Assembly (NCBI GenBank): GCA_965231075.1
Contig: OZ246412.1
Coordinates: 385,587-449,586 of the forward strand
DNA length: 64,000 nt
DNA from: an uncultured Candidatus Saccharibacteria bacterium
Lineage (GTDB): Bacteria > Patescibacteriota > Minisyncoccia > RBG-13-40-8-A
Direction: 5' to 3'
Position numbers and translations under genes: made by a program. The notes beneath the pieces were generated by a model that saw only the letters and a list, made by a program, of their open reading frames with translations, did not search any database and had not been told where the DNA came from. Below, piece after piece: positions 20,411-28,994 of the stretch (positions within the stretch are counted from its first letter, which is position 1; every line of letters begins with the position of its first letter).

Positions 20411-21831
20411 TATTTCTTTAAATAATTAATTCCGGTCTTAATTAATTCCTTTAATTCTCCAACTGATTTGGTTTTTCTTAATTTATTGAATCCCTTTTTA
20501 ATTATATTTCCTCTTATTCCTAATTCTTTGGTCATAATTGCTTTGATCTTTTCTAATTCTGCGCCCGGCCATTCCATATAGAATAAAGACGGATCAGTGC
20601 CGGCAACTTTGTATTTTGGCGATTGATAGGGGCTATTCCAAGAAAAATCTTTCGGCATTAAGCCCTTTTCTTTGGCCATTAATTCTAGTTCTGTTCCCGG
20701 ATAAATAACCGTAAACCCATAAGCAGGATAAGAATTTTTGATTTTGTTTAATTCTTTTATCACATTAATAGTTTGCTTTAAATCGTCGATTGTTTCTTCG
20801 GGTAAATTAACCATAAAATTCGTAACCACCTTCATCCCGATTTCTGAGGACCAACTTACCGCATTCATCACCTGTTCAATGGTGATGTTTTTCTTGATGA
20901 TTTTTAGAATCCTCGGACTACCCGATTCAACCCCAAAACTAATTCTTATACATCCCGCCTTTTTCATTAGTTCCAATAATTCTTTATCAACTGTATTTAC
21001 TCTCGCTCGTGCATACCAAACAATATTTAGATTTCTTTTAATGATTTCGTTACAAATTGCAATCGCGTGATCCCTAACCATGGTGAGAGTATCGTCCCAA
21101 AAATCAAAACCTTTATATCCGTAAGTTTTGTGTAAAAATTCCACTTCATCAATAAACTTTTTAGGATCCATTAATCTCAATCCGCTTCGAGAATTTGCAC
21201 AGTAGACACAATTATTAGGACATCCCCTGGCACTCATTACTCCCACAGAGCGAGTGTTTGTTCCGTCAATTGGCTTATTGTATAGTTTTAAATCAAATAA
21301 ATGCCAGGCTGGCGCGGGTAGGTCGTTAAGATTTTCGATTAAATCAAAATTTGGTCTTTCAATAATTTCATTTTTTTGATTTCTATAAACCAATCCCGAC
21401 ACATTGTTAAAATCGCCTTTGGATTCCAAAATATCCAAAAATTTTACAATCGCTTTTTCGGCTTCGCCTTTTATAATACAATCTATCTCTGGAACTAATT
21501 CTAAGGCATTTTTTGCAGTTAATGAAAAATGTGGTCCTCCCATTAAAACAATAACATTTTTGTTTCTTTTCTTAATTTCTTTGGCCAACTCAATTGCCTT
21601 AAAACGATTATCGGTAATTGCGTGTACACCAATTACGTCGGGCCTTTTCTCTAATATCTTTTCTGCGGTTTGTGAGGCATTAAACCCATAAGTGTGCGCA
21701 TCAAAAATCTCAACTCGATGGTGACTAAATTTTTCGACATACCCAGCAATATAACCGATGCCCAAAAACGGCACGCCCACTCTTTCTAGGTCGCCTTCGG
21801 CTCGAGGTGATGTTGTAAGTATTAGTTTCAT
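20410..21831 (-). CDS. B12-binding radical SAM enzyme (third paralog)
   Basis: N-terminal B12-binding-like domain, then SARGCPNNCVYC. Confidence 0.8.
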   Translation of the reverse strand: MKLILTTSPRAEGDLERVGVPFLGIGYIAGYVEKFSHHRVEIFDAHTYGFNASQTAEKILEKRPDVIGVHAITDNRFKAIELAKEIKKRNKNVIVLMGGPHFSLTAKNALELVPEIDCIIKGEAEKAIVKFLDILESKGDFNNVSGLVYRNQKNEIIERPNFDLIENLNDLPAPAWHLFDLKLYNKPIDGTNTRSVGVMSARGCPNNCVYCANSRSGLRLMDPKKFIDEVEFLHKTYGYKGFDFWDDTLTMVRDHAIAICNEIIKRNLNIVWYARARVNTVDKELLELMKKAGCIRISFGVESGSPRILKIIKKNITIEQVMNAVSWSSEIGMKVVTNFMVNLPEETIDDLKQTINVIKELNKIKNSYPAYGFTVIYPGTELELMAKEKGLMPKDFSWNSPYQSPKYKVAGTDPSLFYMEWPGAELEKIKAIMTKELGIRGNIIKKGFNKLRKTKSVGELKELIKTGINYLKK

Positions 21832-22973
21832 TTAAATAATTCTATAAACTTGTTGATGACATTATCAATTGAATATTCTCTAATCTTCTCTAATTCTTCT
21901 TTTTGAAAAGTCTCATAGGTTTCTGGTTCCGATAAAAGCGACTCTATTTTGTGTGCGAACAATTCTACATCCCCAGATTTGATTAAAAATCTCTGTGCCG
22001 TTTCTGGCGATATTTCTCTCACAGCACCAACATCAGAGGCAACATACGGAACGCCCATTGCCATTGCCTCAAGCAAAACTCGAGGAAATCCTTCTTCCAT
22101 TGATGGCATGATAAAAAGATCTGCTTGATTATAATAATCAATGATTTTTTCATTGGGAACAGCACCAACGACTTCGATATAATTTTCTAAATTATTTTCT
22201 TTTATTTCTTTTAATAATTGTTCCTTGTATGGACCATTGCCGACAACGATAAGTTTAAAGTTAGAAGTTAGATGTTCGAAGTTAATTAAATGTTTTGTAA
22301 TTGGAATAAGCATGTCAGCACCCTTTCTCTTTGAGAGCCAGTGGACAAAAAGAATGTTATAAGTTCGAGATTCGTGGCTTGAAGTTTCAGATTCTTCTAA
22401 CTTTGAACCTCGAGCTTTGAACCTATTTAAATTTATCCAATTTGGCATTACTTTTACGTTTTCTGGTTTTAAATTGTAATGTTCAACATATCCCTGTTTC
22501 ATTGTTTCTCCGCCGGTCACCAAATAATGCGAAAGTCTTAAACTTAATTTGTATCCTATTTTAGAAATATCTTTTTTCTTAAATAACCAATTCATTGCAC
22601 AGTTCCAATAATAAGATCTTCCCTTAAAAATTCTTGAAACGATTCCTGCATTCACTGCTCCGATGTAGGCATAGTGCGTATAAAAAAGATTATAACCTCT
22701 TTTTCTGGCTCTTAAAATCAGCTTCAAATTTTCCAAAATACGAAATGGAATGAACTTAAATTTCTGCACATATGTTTCGGGAATTTTAACCTTAATCGCT
22801 TCAATGTCTTCTTTTTTCCCTCTTTCAATAATCAGAAAAATATCAACTTTTTCCGAAAGTTTTTCTAGAAATTCATAGATATGATAAAAATGACTATCAG
22901 TGTTTTGATTATATTCAGGAAGTATGTAGCAAATACGTTTTTTAGTTTTTGGTTCGAGGTTCGAAGAACTCAT
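21828..22973 (-). CDS. GT4-family glycosyltransferase
   Basis: EGFPRVLLEAMAMGVPYVASDVGAVREI. The first codons (MSSSNLEPKT) are encoded by the GTTCGAR repeat. The start codon overlaps the stop of the upstream gene (ATGA). Confidence 0.75.
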   Translation of the reverse strand: MSSSNLEPKTKKRICYILPEYNQNTDSHFYHIYEFLEKLSEKVDIFLIIERGKKEDIEAIKVKIPETYVQKFKFIPFRILENLKLILRARKRGYNLFYTHYAYIGAVNAGIVSRIFKGRSYYWNCAMNWLFKKKDISKIGYKLSLRLSHYLVTGGETMKQGYVEHYNLKPENVKVMPNWINLNRFKARGSKLEESETSSHESRTYNILFVHWLSKRKGADMLIPITKHLINFEHLTSNFKLIVVGNGPYKEQLLKEIKENNLENYIEVVGAVPNEKIIDYYNQADLFIMPSMEEGFPRVLLEAMAMGVPYVASDVGAVREISPETAQRFLIKSGDVELFAHKIESLLSEPETYETFQKEELEKIREYSIDNVINKFIELFK

Positions 22974-23329
22974 TGTCGTAAATATTTTTTAAGACTTAAT
23001 AATTTAATAAAAATTTTATCTATTTTGTTATTACTCGACTCTATTTCGTTAGAAGAAATATATTTCAAATTCAATGCTATCTTTAGTGCCGTCTTAACCT
23101 CTACGAGGGAACCCAACGATATATCAACGAAACGAGCAAAATCCTTCTTAGTTTTTATGCTTCCTTCTGCGATATTTAATGCGACCGAAATAACTGCTCT
23201 TTTTATTTGTGCGCCCAACACAAACATCTCTTCTTTGGGAAATGTCCTAGTCAAACTATAAACATCTTCAATTAAACTCATAGACAATTGATATACTTCT
23301 AGTTTTTCAAAATTATATTCTTGAGTCAT
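22970..23329 (-). CDS. Four-helix-bundle protein (23S rRNA intervening-sequence protein family; DGR Avd-like fold)
   Basis: Family signature ...LEVYQLSMSLIEDVYSLTRTFPKEE...LGAQIKRAVISVALNIAEGS.... It is flanked by inverted GTTCGAR repeat copies. Confidence 0.7.
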   Translation of the reverse strand: MTQEYNFEKLEVYQLSMSLIEDVYSLTRTFPKEEMFVLGAQIKRAVISVALNIAEGSIKTKKDFARFVDISLGSLVEVKTALKIALNLKYISSNEIESSNNKIDKIFIKLLSLKKYLRQ

Positions 23330-23343
23330 GATCTTATTTTTTT

Positions 23344-25584
23344 TTAATTATCAGAATCAGAACTGCGAACATCGAACTTCGAACTTATCAACCGTTGATA
23401 AGTTAATGCATAATTTTCTATTGCTTTTTTACGTTCAAATTGTTGAACGGTTTGATAGCCATTTTCAGCAATTTTATTTCTTAAATTGTCGTCCTTTAAT
23501 AATAACATTATTTTATTGACAATATCTTCAATTTTCCAATCAACGAAAATACCATTTTCCATGTCCTTAATGATATCGTTCATTATTCCGACCCTACTCG
23601 TTAAAACTGGAATTTTACACGCCATTGCTTCAAGTGTTACCCTGGGACCACCCTCATTGAAAGATAGCATCGCCATCAATCTTGATTGATTATAAATACC
23701 AGCAACATCATTGGTGGTCGGCAACCATCCAGAAAATTCTATGTTGTTTTGTAGGTTATTTTTCTTGATAAATTTTTCTATCTTTGGTTTTAATGGTCCA
23801 TCACCCACGATAATAAGTTTAGGGTTCAGGGTTTTCAATTTAGAATTTGCTATTGCGCGTAGCAATAGAAATATCCCCTTGTTTTTTACTAATCTTCCAG
23901 AAAAAACAATATCATATTTTTTCTCTAAATTAATCGGCTTAAAAATATCTAGATCAATATAGAAAGCGGGAACATACTTTATCTTTTCCTTGTCAATTTT
24001 GAATTTAATTAAAAATTCTGGGACCTGATTTTGATTAATAACCCTAACTGCTCTCGCGTTTTTGGTAAATTTCTTAATAAATATTTTAGTTAAAATTTTG
24101 TAAAACCATTCCTTGCAATTGCCTGCTTTTGGATAGCCGGTTATGTGCATAATTTCTAAAAGATAGGGAGTTTTTATCTTTTTATGCAACCATAAGCCAC
24201 CAACATCATTATAAAATGGCGGATAGGAGTGAATTGTAAATAAATCAAATTTTTGTTGTTTAAAAATTTCTGTTCCTTTTTTTAATACAAACCAGGGTTG
24301 CAAAATTAACGGCAAATTTGACGAATGAATAAACACGTTCCCGAAAATATTATCGATTTTTTGTTCTGTTCGTGGACAAATTATATCAATTCTCTCCCAG
24401 CTTTTTGAAAATTCCTCCAACATATAATAAAATGGCCCATGTTTACCACCTGCCAACGCCCTATCTCCAGTTATCATAAGTAATTTTCGGCCCGAGGCCG
24501 ACCCGCCCTGGGCGGGCATCAACGCTTTAATAGTTTCGTTGATCATTCTTTTTAATTCGAATTGTTTTAATTTTTTATACCCATTTTCAATAAATTTCTT
24601 CCTCAAGTCTTCATCTTTCCATAATCTTAAAATAGCATTCTTTAATTGCTCTTTGTCGTTATATCTCACCAGTAAACCATTAAATTCATTTTCTATTACT
24701 TCCGGATTGCCACAAACACTAGTAGTAATTATTGGCAAACCGCAGGCCATTGCCTCTAAAAGTAAATGTGATAAACCTTCGTATCCCGTGTTTAAGACAA
24801 AAATATCACCACCCTTAAAACGAGCCATTAATTCTTTGTGAGGCATTTTCGTTTCAATAATCAATCTAAAATTTGGGTTTTCTTTTAATAGGTCTGGTAG
24901 AATTTCTTTAAGTGTATCGAAACCCTTCCATGGTTCCGGTCTGCCTGCGGAAATAATTACATCACCTTCTAACTTTTCTGGTGCAACATCTTCTACCCCT
25001 CGAAACGCGTTATAAATGACGATTATTTTATCGGCGTTAATCCCCCACCCAACCACTATTTTCTTTAAATATTCACTAGGAACAATCACTTTGCCAGCAC
25101 TACCAACAACTTTTTTTTGAATTTTTCTTCTTAATTCAGTTTTCCAATCATATTTTTTATTCTGAAACTCGTCAATAAGGTCAATTGTTTCTTGTTTCTT
25201 GTTTCTTGTTTCTTCGTTCTGGTACTGTTCCCATGCGTAATCACCTACAATTTTAATTATAAATTTCTTCTTTAAAATTTTAGAAATTAACATCGCTGGT
25301 AGACCAGCTGACAATGGTCCTTGAGCATAAATAATGTCTGCGTTTTTTGCTAATTTAAACAAATTCTTGAAATAATTAAGATATCGTTTTAATGTATTTT
25401 GTTTTCGCAATATTCTAATTATTCTAAATTTCTCATATTTATCATTTTCCTCGTATTTATCGCCATAACAAATTAAATCAACCTCAATTCCTTGATCGCT
25501 AAATTCCCTCGCAATTAACTGCGAGTATGTTGCCGGTCCACCGCTATCCGGTGGATATATTCCTGATGCAATTACAATTTTCAT
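23344..25584 (-). CDS. Fused tandem GT4 glycosyltransferase (two complete GT-B units)
   Basis: Two C-terminal-type GT4 motifs (LLEAMACGLPIITTS and LEAMACKIPVLTSRVG) plus two N-terminal halves (MKIVIASGIYPPDSGG and a PAQGGSASGRKLLMITGD region). Confidence 0.75.
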   Translation of the reverse strand: MKIVIASGIYPPDSGGPATYSQLIAREFSDQGIEVDLICYGDKYEENDKYEKFRIIRILRKQNTLKRYLNYFKNLFKLAKNADIIYAQGPLSAGLPAMLISKILKKKFIIKIVGDYAWEQYQNEETRNKKQETIDLIDEFQNKKYDWKTELRRKIQKKVVGSAGKVIVPSEYLKKIVVGWGINADKIIVIYNAFRGVEDVAPEKLEGDVIISAGRPEPWKGFDTLKEILPDLLKENPNFRLIIETKMPHKELMARFKGGDIFVLNTGYEGLSHLLLEAMACGLPIITTSVCGNPEVIENEFNGLLVRYNDKEQLKNAILRLWKDEDLRKKFIENGYKKLKQFELKRMINETIKALMPAQGGSASGRKLLMITGDRALAGGKHGPFYYMLEEFSKSWERIDIICPRTEQKIDNIFGNVFIHSSNLPLILQPWFVLKKGTEIFKQQKFDLFTIHSYPPFYNDVGGLWLHKKIKTPYLLEIMHITGYPKAGNCKEWFYKILTKIFIKKFTKNARAVRVINQNQVPEFLIKFKIDKEKIKYVPAFYIDLDIFKPINLEKKYDIVFSGRLVKNKGIFLLLRAIANSKLKTLNPKLIIVGDGPLKPKIEKFIKKNNLQNNIEFSGWLPTTNDVAGIYNQSRLMAMLSFNEGGPRVTLEAMACKIPVLTSRVGIMNDIIKDMENGIFVDWKIEDIVNKIMLLLKDDNLRNKIAENGYQTVQQFERKKAIENYALTYQRLISSKFDVRSSDSDN

Positions 25585-25586
25585 GC

Positions 25587-26120
25587 TTAATTAATCGTTG
25601 TCTCCGTGGTCAATTTTCTTTTGCTCATAAAAGACACTGCTAATTCATAAACTCCAAATAAAATTGCGACATAGAACAGGTCACCCATTAATGTCCCCCT
25701 AAAAAACGGGATCGCCATTGTAAAACATTGACCCAGACCAGCCAGAGTGTGCGGATACCAACTATAAAATGCCCAAACCGCAAAATTAGTAATCACAAAA
25801 AACAATACAGACCCCAAAAGCGTGCTACCAATTATAGTGCCAATATTTTTATGTTTTTTAACAAACAACCCAATTAAACCAACCAGAATAAAACTTAAAT
25901 ATACCCCTGCCATTAATTTAATGTCGTAAAAACCAATAAAATAGTCGCTAATCAGCATCGCTATAATTGGAAACAACAATGCATATTTTTTATTAAGATA
26001 AATTCCTCCAAACAAAGCCATCGCCGTAATTGGGGCAAAATTTGGAAAATGAGGGGCAAATCTCAACGCCACCCCCAAAACCACAAAAATTATAGCTAAC
26101 CACGAAATAGTCTTCTTCAT
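25587..26120 (-). CDS. Small polytopic membrane protein of unknown function
   Basis: About 5 TM helices; no recognisable catalytic motif. Confidence 0.35.
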   Translation of the reverse strand: MKKTISWLAIIFVVLGVALRFAPHFPNFAPITAMALFGGIYLNKKYALLFPIIAMLISDYFIGFYDIKLMAGVYLSFILVGLIGLFVKKHKNIGTIIGSTLLGSVLFFVITNFAVWAFYSWYPHTLAGLGQCFTMAIPFFRGTLMGDLFYVAILFGVYELAVSFMSKRKLTTETTIN

Positions 26121-26178
26121 GTTTTTTACTTATTAATTGTTATTTCTATCTTGATGTTAAGTTTAAAGTGATGTATAA

Positions 26179-27258
26179 TTGTCATTAATAGGTTATATGT
26201 ATTTTACGTTCCCACAATTTAAAAAGTTTCCGATAAAATTGCTTTTCAGAAAATTCTCTGAAAATTTTTTGTTAGAAAAACTGCAAAATATTTTTCCTAA
26301 TTATCACATTATCTTCACGGACTCTGGACGTTCGGCGTTTCAATTGGCAATCGAATCTTTGGGCTTACAGAATACTGAAATGATTCTCCCGGCCTATCTT
26401 TGCGACATCTTTAAACCAATCCTTAAACATTATGATATTAAACCCATACATATAGATACTAACTTGGAAACGTTCCAAATGGAATTATCGGAAATTGATT
26501 CTCAAATCACTCCCAACACTAAATCGATTTTAATCTCTCACACCTACGGACTACCTGTTGACATGGAACAGGTTTCTCGAATTGCCAGAAATTACAATTT
26601 AAAAATCATCGAAGATTGTGCTCATATCGCTCCGCCAGATTCTCCAGAAAAATTCGGCGATGCTTTATTTTTTAGCTTCGCTAAATTATTTCCAGTTATT
26701 AGTGGAGGCATGCTTGTTTCAAAAGAAAATATCAATATTAAACTAGAAAAAACTAAAATTACTTTTCGAAGCGTTATCAAATTTCTAAGACTCTTCCCTT
26801 CCCTAGCTAACCTTTCCGAGATATTTAGGCCCGAGGAAAAATTAATCGAAAATCAACGCTCTGTTCCTAAAAAACCATTAAAAATCTATTTAAATATCAC
26901 AGACTATTGTTTAGAAAGGTTGCCGGAAAAAATTATTCAACGGATTAAAATTGCAAGTTATTTTCAAAAACAATTACAGAAACTTAATTTTAAAGTGCAA
27001 ACATCTGAAAACAATAATTTCACCATACTTTCTGCCCTTGTTCCAGAAAGCGCTGATCGCGACAAATTATTTTACGGCCTAAGAAAACGCGGCATTTTCT
27101 GTGCTAGGATCTGGCGAAATCCTTTATTAAAACAACTACCCAACACCTCTTTAATTTCCAAACAAATTATTAATTTTCCTCTACAGTACTGGTATAAAGA
27201 AAAAGATGTTGATAAAATTATATTCTATATTTTAAAAGAATTGGACTCAAAAGTTTAA
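26179..27258 (+). CDS. DegT/DnrJ/EryC1/StrS-family PLP-dependent sugar aminotransferase
   Basis: IIEDCAHI segment and SFAKLF (PLP-Lys context). Confidence 0.65.
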   Translation: MSLIGYMYFTFPQFKKFPIKLLFRKFSENFLLEKLQNIFPNYHIIFTDSGRSAFQLAIESLGLQNTEMILPAYLCDIFKPILKHYDIKPIHIDTNLETFQMELSEIDSQITPNTKSILISHTYGLPVDMEQVSRIARNYNLKIIEDCAHIAPPDSPEKFGDALFFSFAKLFPVISGGMLVSKENINIKLEKTKITFRSVIKFLRLFPSLANLSEIFRPEEKLIENQRSVPKKPLKIYLNITDYCLERLPEKIIQRIKIASYFQKQLQKLNFKVQTSENNNFTILSALVPESADRDKLFYGLRKRGIFCARIWRNPLLKQLPNTSLISKQIINFPLQYWYKEKDVDKIIFYILKELDSKV

Positions 27259-28222
27259 TTATAAAATTGGGCAACAAAATAAACAGATTTCTTACTCTCG
27301 AAGAACGTAGTTTTTCGGGATTTTTTTCTTTTTTCAAAATGATTATCGGATATTCTTTGCCTCCCCATCCAGATTTAAACGTGAAAAGAGATGAATTTTT
27401 GGGAGTTGCTCCAAGGTCCAAGATAATATCTTGGCCGACTAAGCTTTCTATCTTATTCCAAAGAATGAGATAATTTGCCCCCAGGTTCTTATGTTTTTGA
27501 TCAGAGGCACTTAAAAAATAGTGCACAAAACCTGAATATTCTACAAATAGGCTACCTCCCACGATTTTATCCCTATCAAAGACCAATAAAAGCTCGCTAG
27601 GCGCATTTTTATAGAGAAACTGAATCAGTAACCAGGGATACGGAATTGTCTTTTTGCGCCTTAAATTTGCAACATATAAATTGTAAAACTTTTTTAACTC
27701 TTTTAGATTCTCACATTTTCTAACCACTAAATTTTGGTCTTGGGCGTGTTTAATTTCGTGTCTCAACGTCTTTCTAAAAGAATCCCAAATTTCTTGTGCT
27801 GATTTATTTTTAAAATTCTCAAGCCAATGGGTTGTTAGGTTCGAAGTTCGAGGTTCGAGGTTGTGAGTTATGGGTTCGAGGTTTGAAATTTGAAGTATTT
27901 GTGGGTGAAATTTTACTTTAATTCTCTCGCCAAATTCCTTAAAGACATCTTTTTCAAATTCTTGTAAATTGATTTCGCCGTTTAAAATTAACGGTCCTCC
28001 ATATTCACAGAACGGCAATGAAATAATTTTCTCTTTGTTGAAAATTCTAAATTTAGCTATCGGAAATATTATTTCGGACCCATATAAATAATATTCGAAA
28101 AAAATCCATCTAAACTGTTTCTCTAAAAATTCATGCCAATCGGCATTATGAAAAAAGGTGCTAAATTTTGTTCTATTAAATAATTCTCTATACTGATTTC
28201 TGGTTATTTTTGTAAAATTCAT
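27218..28222 (-). CDS. FemAB/BioF2-like GNAT-fold acyl/aminoacyl transferase (candidate sugar N-acyl or aminoacyl modifier)
   Basis: Weak resemblance to the FemAB / Acetyltransf_6 family; contains a long in-frame GTTCGAR repeat insertion. Start placed at the internal Met (MNFTKITRNQ) rather than the ORF-track start 28255; either way it overlaps the next gene. Confidence 0.35.
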   Translation of the reverse strand: MNFTKITRNQYRELFNRTKFSTFFHNADWHEFLEKQFRWIFFEYYLYGSEIIFPIAKFRIFNKEKIISLPFCEYGGPLILNGEINLQEFEKDVFKEFGERIKVKFHPQILQISNLEPITHNLEPRTSNLTTHWLENFKNKSAQEIWDSFRKTLRHEIKHAQDQNLVVRKCENLKELKKFYNLYVANLRRKKTIPYPWLLIQFLYKNAPSELLLVFDRDKIVGGSLFVEYSGFVHYFLSASDQKHKNLGANYLILWNKIESLVGQDIILDLGATPKNSSLFTFKSGWGGKEYPIIILKKEKNPEKLRSSRVRNLFILLPNFIIKLLSPILLKYRI

Positions 28223-28994
28223 AAATTTGTTCTCCGGACTTAAACTCGTAACCAATTTCTTTTAAAAATTTCATGATTTCATCAAGTTGTTTTATAAAAT
28301 CCTTACCACTATTTTTTGATCCTTTACCTTCAAATTTTACGCCATCCCACGAATGCATGCTTAGACTTATAAAATTCGGCTTTCTAAATTTAAAAATAAA
28401 TTTAAAGAATTTAACACCCAACTTTCTTAACCATGTTCCCACAAAAGGAACACTGAATGGTGCGGGACTTTCCGGTATTTCAAGAATCCCAACACCTCCC
28501 TTCTTTTTATAATTTTTTTCATTTGGCCAATAGGGAACGACTGGCGCTTTTCCCAAATAACCGGCATATGCACCAATTCTCCAGGGATAGCGTGGAAATA
28601 CGCTAGAGTCATAAATAAACCCATATCTTGCCAAAATTGGAAATTGCTTATTGTCGATTACGTTTCTTGGACCCCTGAAACCCTTTGGTGTATCGTTAAA
28701 GACATTTTTATATAGGTTGTAAAAGTTCTTAATTTGTCTTTCTCTTTCTGAAAGATCAATTCTATTTAATTGGTTATGAAAATAATTATGGCAACCAATT
28801 TCAAAATCTTTTGCCCATCTTTTAACTAAATCTGGAGAATATTCCAAAACCTCGCCAGTAACAAAAAGCGTTGCCGGAGCATCATATTTTCTAAAAACGC
28901 TCAAAATATTGTCTAAATTATCAACCCCCTCGAAAGGACGGTCTATTTGATTTTCGCGCTTTTCAACGTCAATTGACAGAAAACAAGTTTTCAT
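28188..28994 (-). CDS. Polysaccharide deacetylase-like (CE4-related) protein
   Basis: HNYFHN (CE4 motif 2-like) and TLFVTGE. Divergent. Confidence 0.45.
   Translation of the reverse strand: MKTCFLSIDVEKRENQIDRPFEGVDNLDNILSVFRKYDAPATLFVTGEVLEYSPDLVKRWAKDFEIGCHNYFHNQLNRIDLSERERQIKNFYNLYKNVFNDTPKGFRGPRNVIDNKQFPILARYGFIYDSSVFPRYPWRIGAYAGYLGKAPVVPYWPNEKNYKKKGGVGILEIPESPAPFSVPFVGTWLRKLGVKFFKFIFKFRKPNFISLSMHSWDGVKFEGKGSKNSGKDFIKQLDEIMKFLKEIGYEFKSGEQIYEFYKNNQKSV

Noticed and set aside
22951-22966. GGTTCGA units resemble the tRNA T-loop consensus (GGTTCGAATCC); possible tRNA or tRNA-derived SINE
   Set aside because: No acceptor, D or anticodon arm context. The units sit in frame inside protein-coding genes; the similarity is limited to 7 nt.
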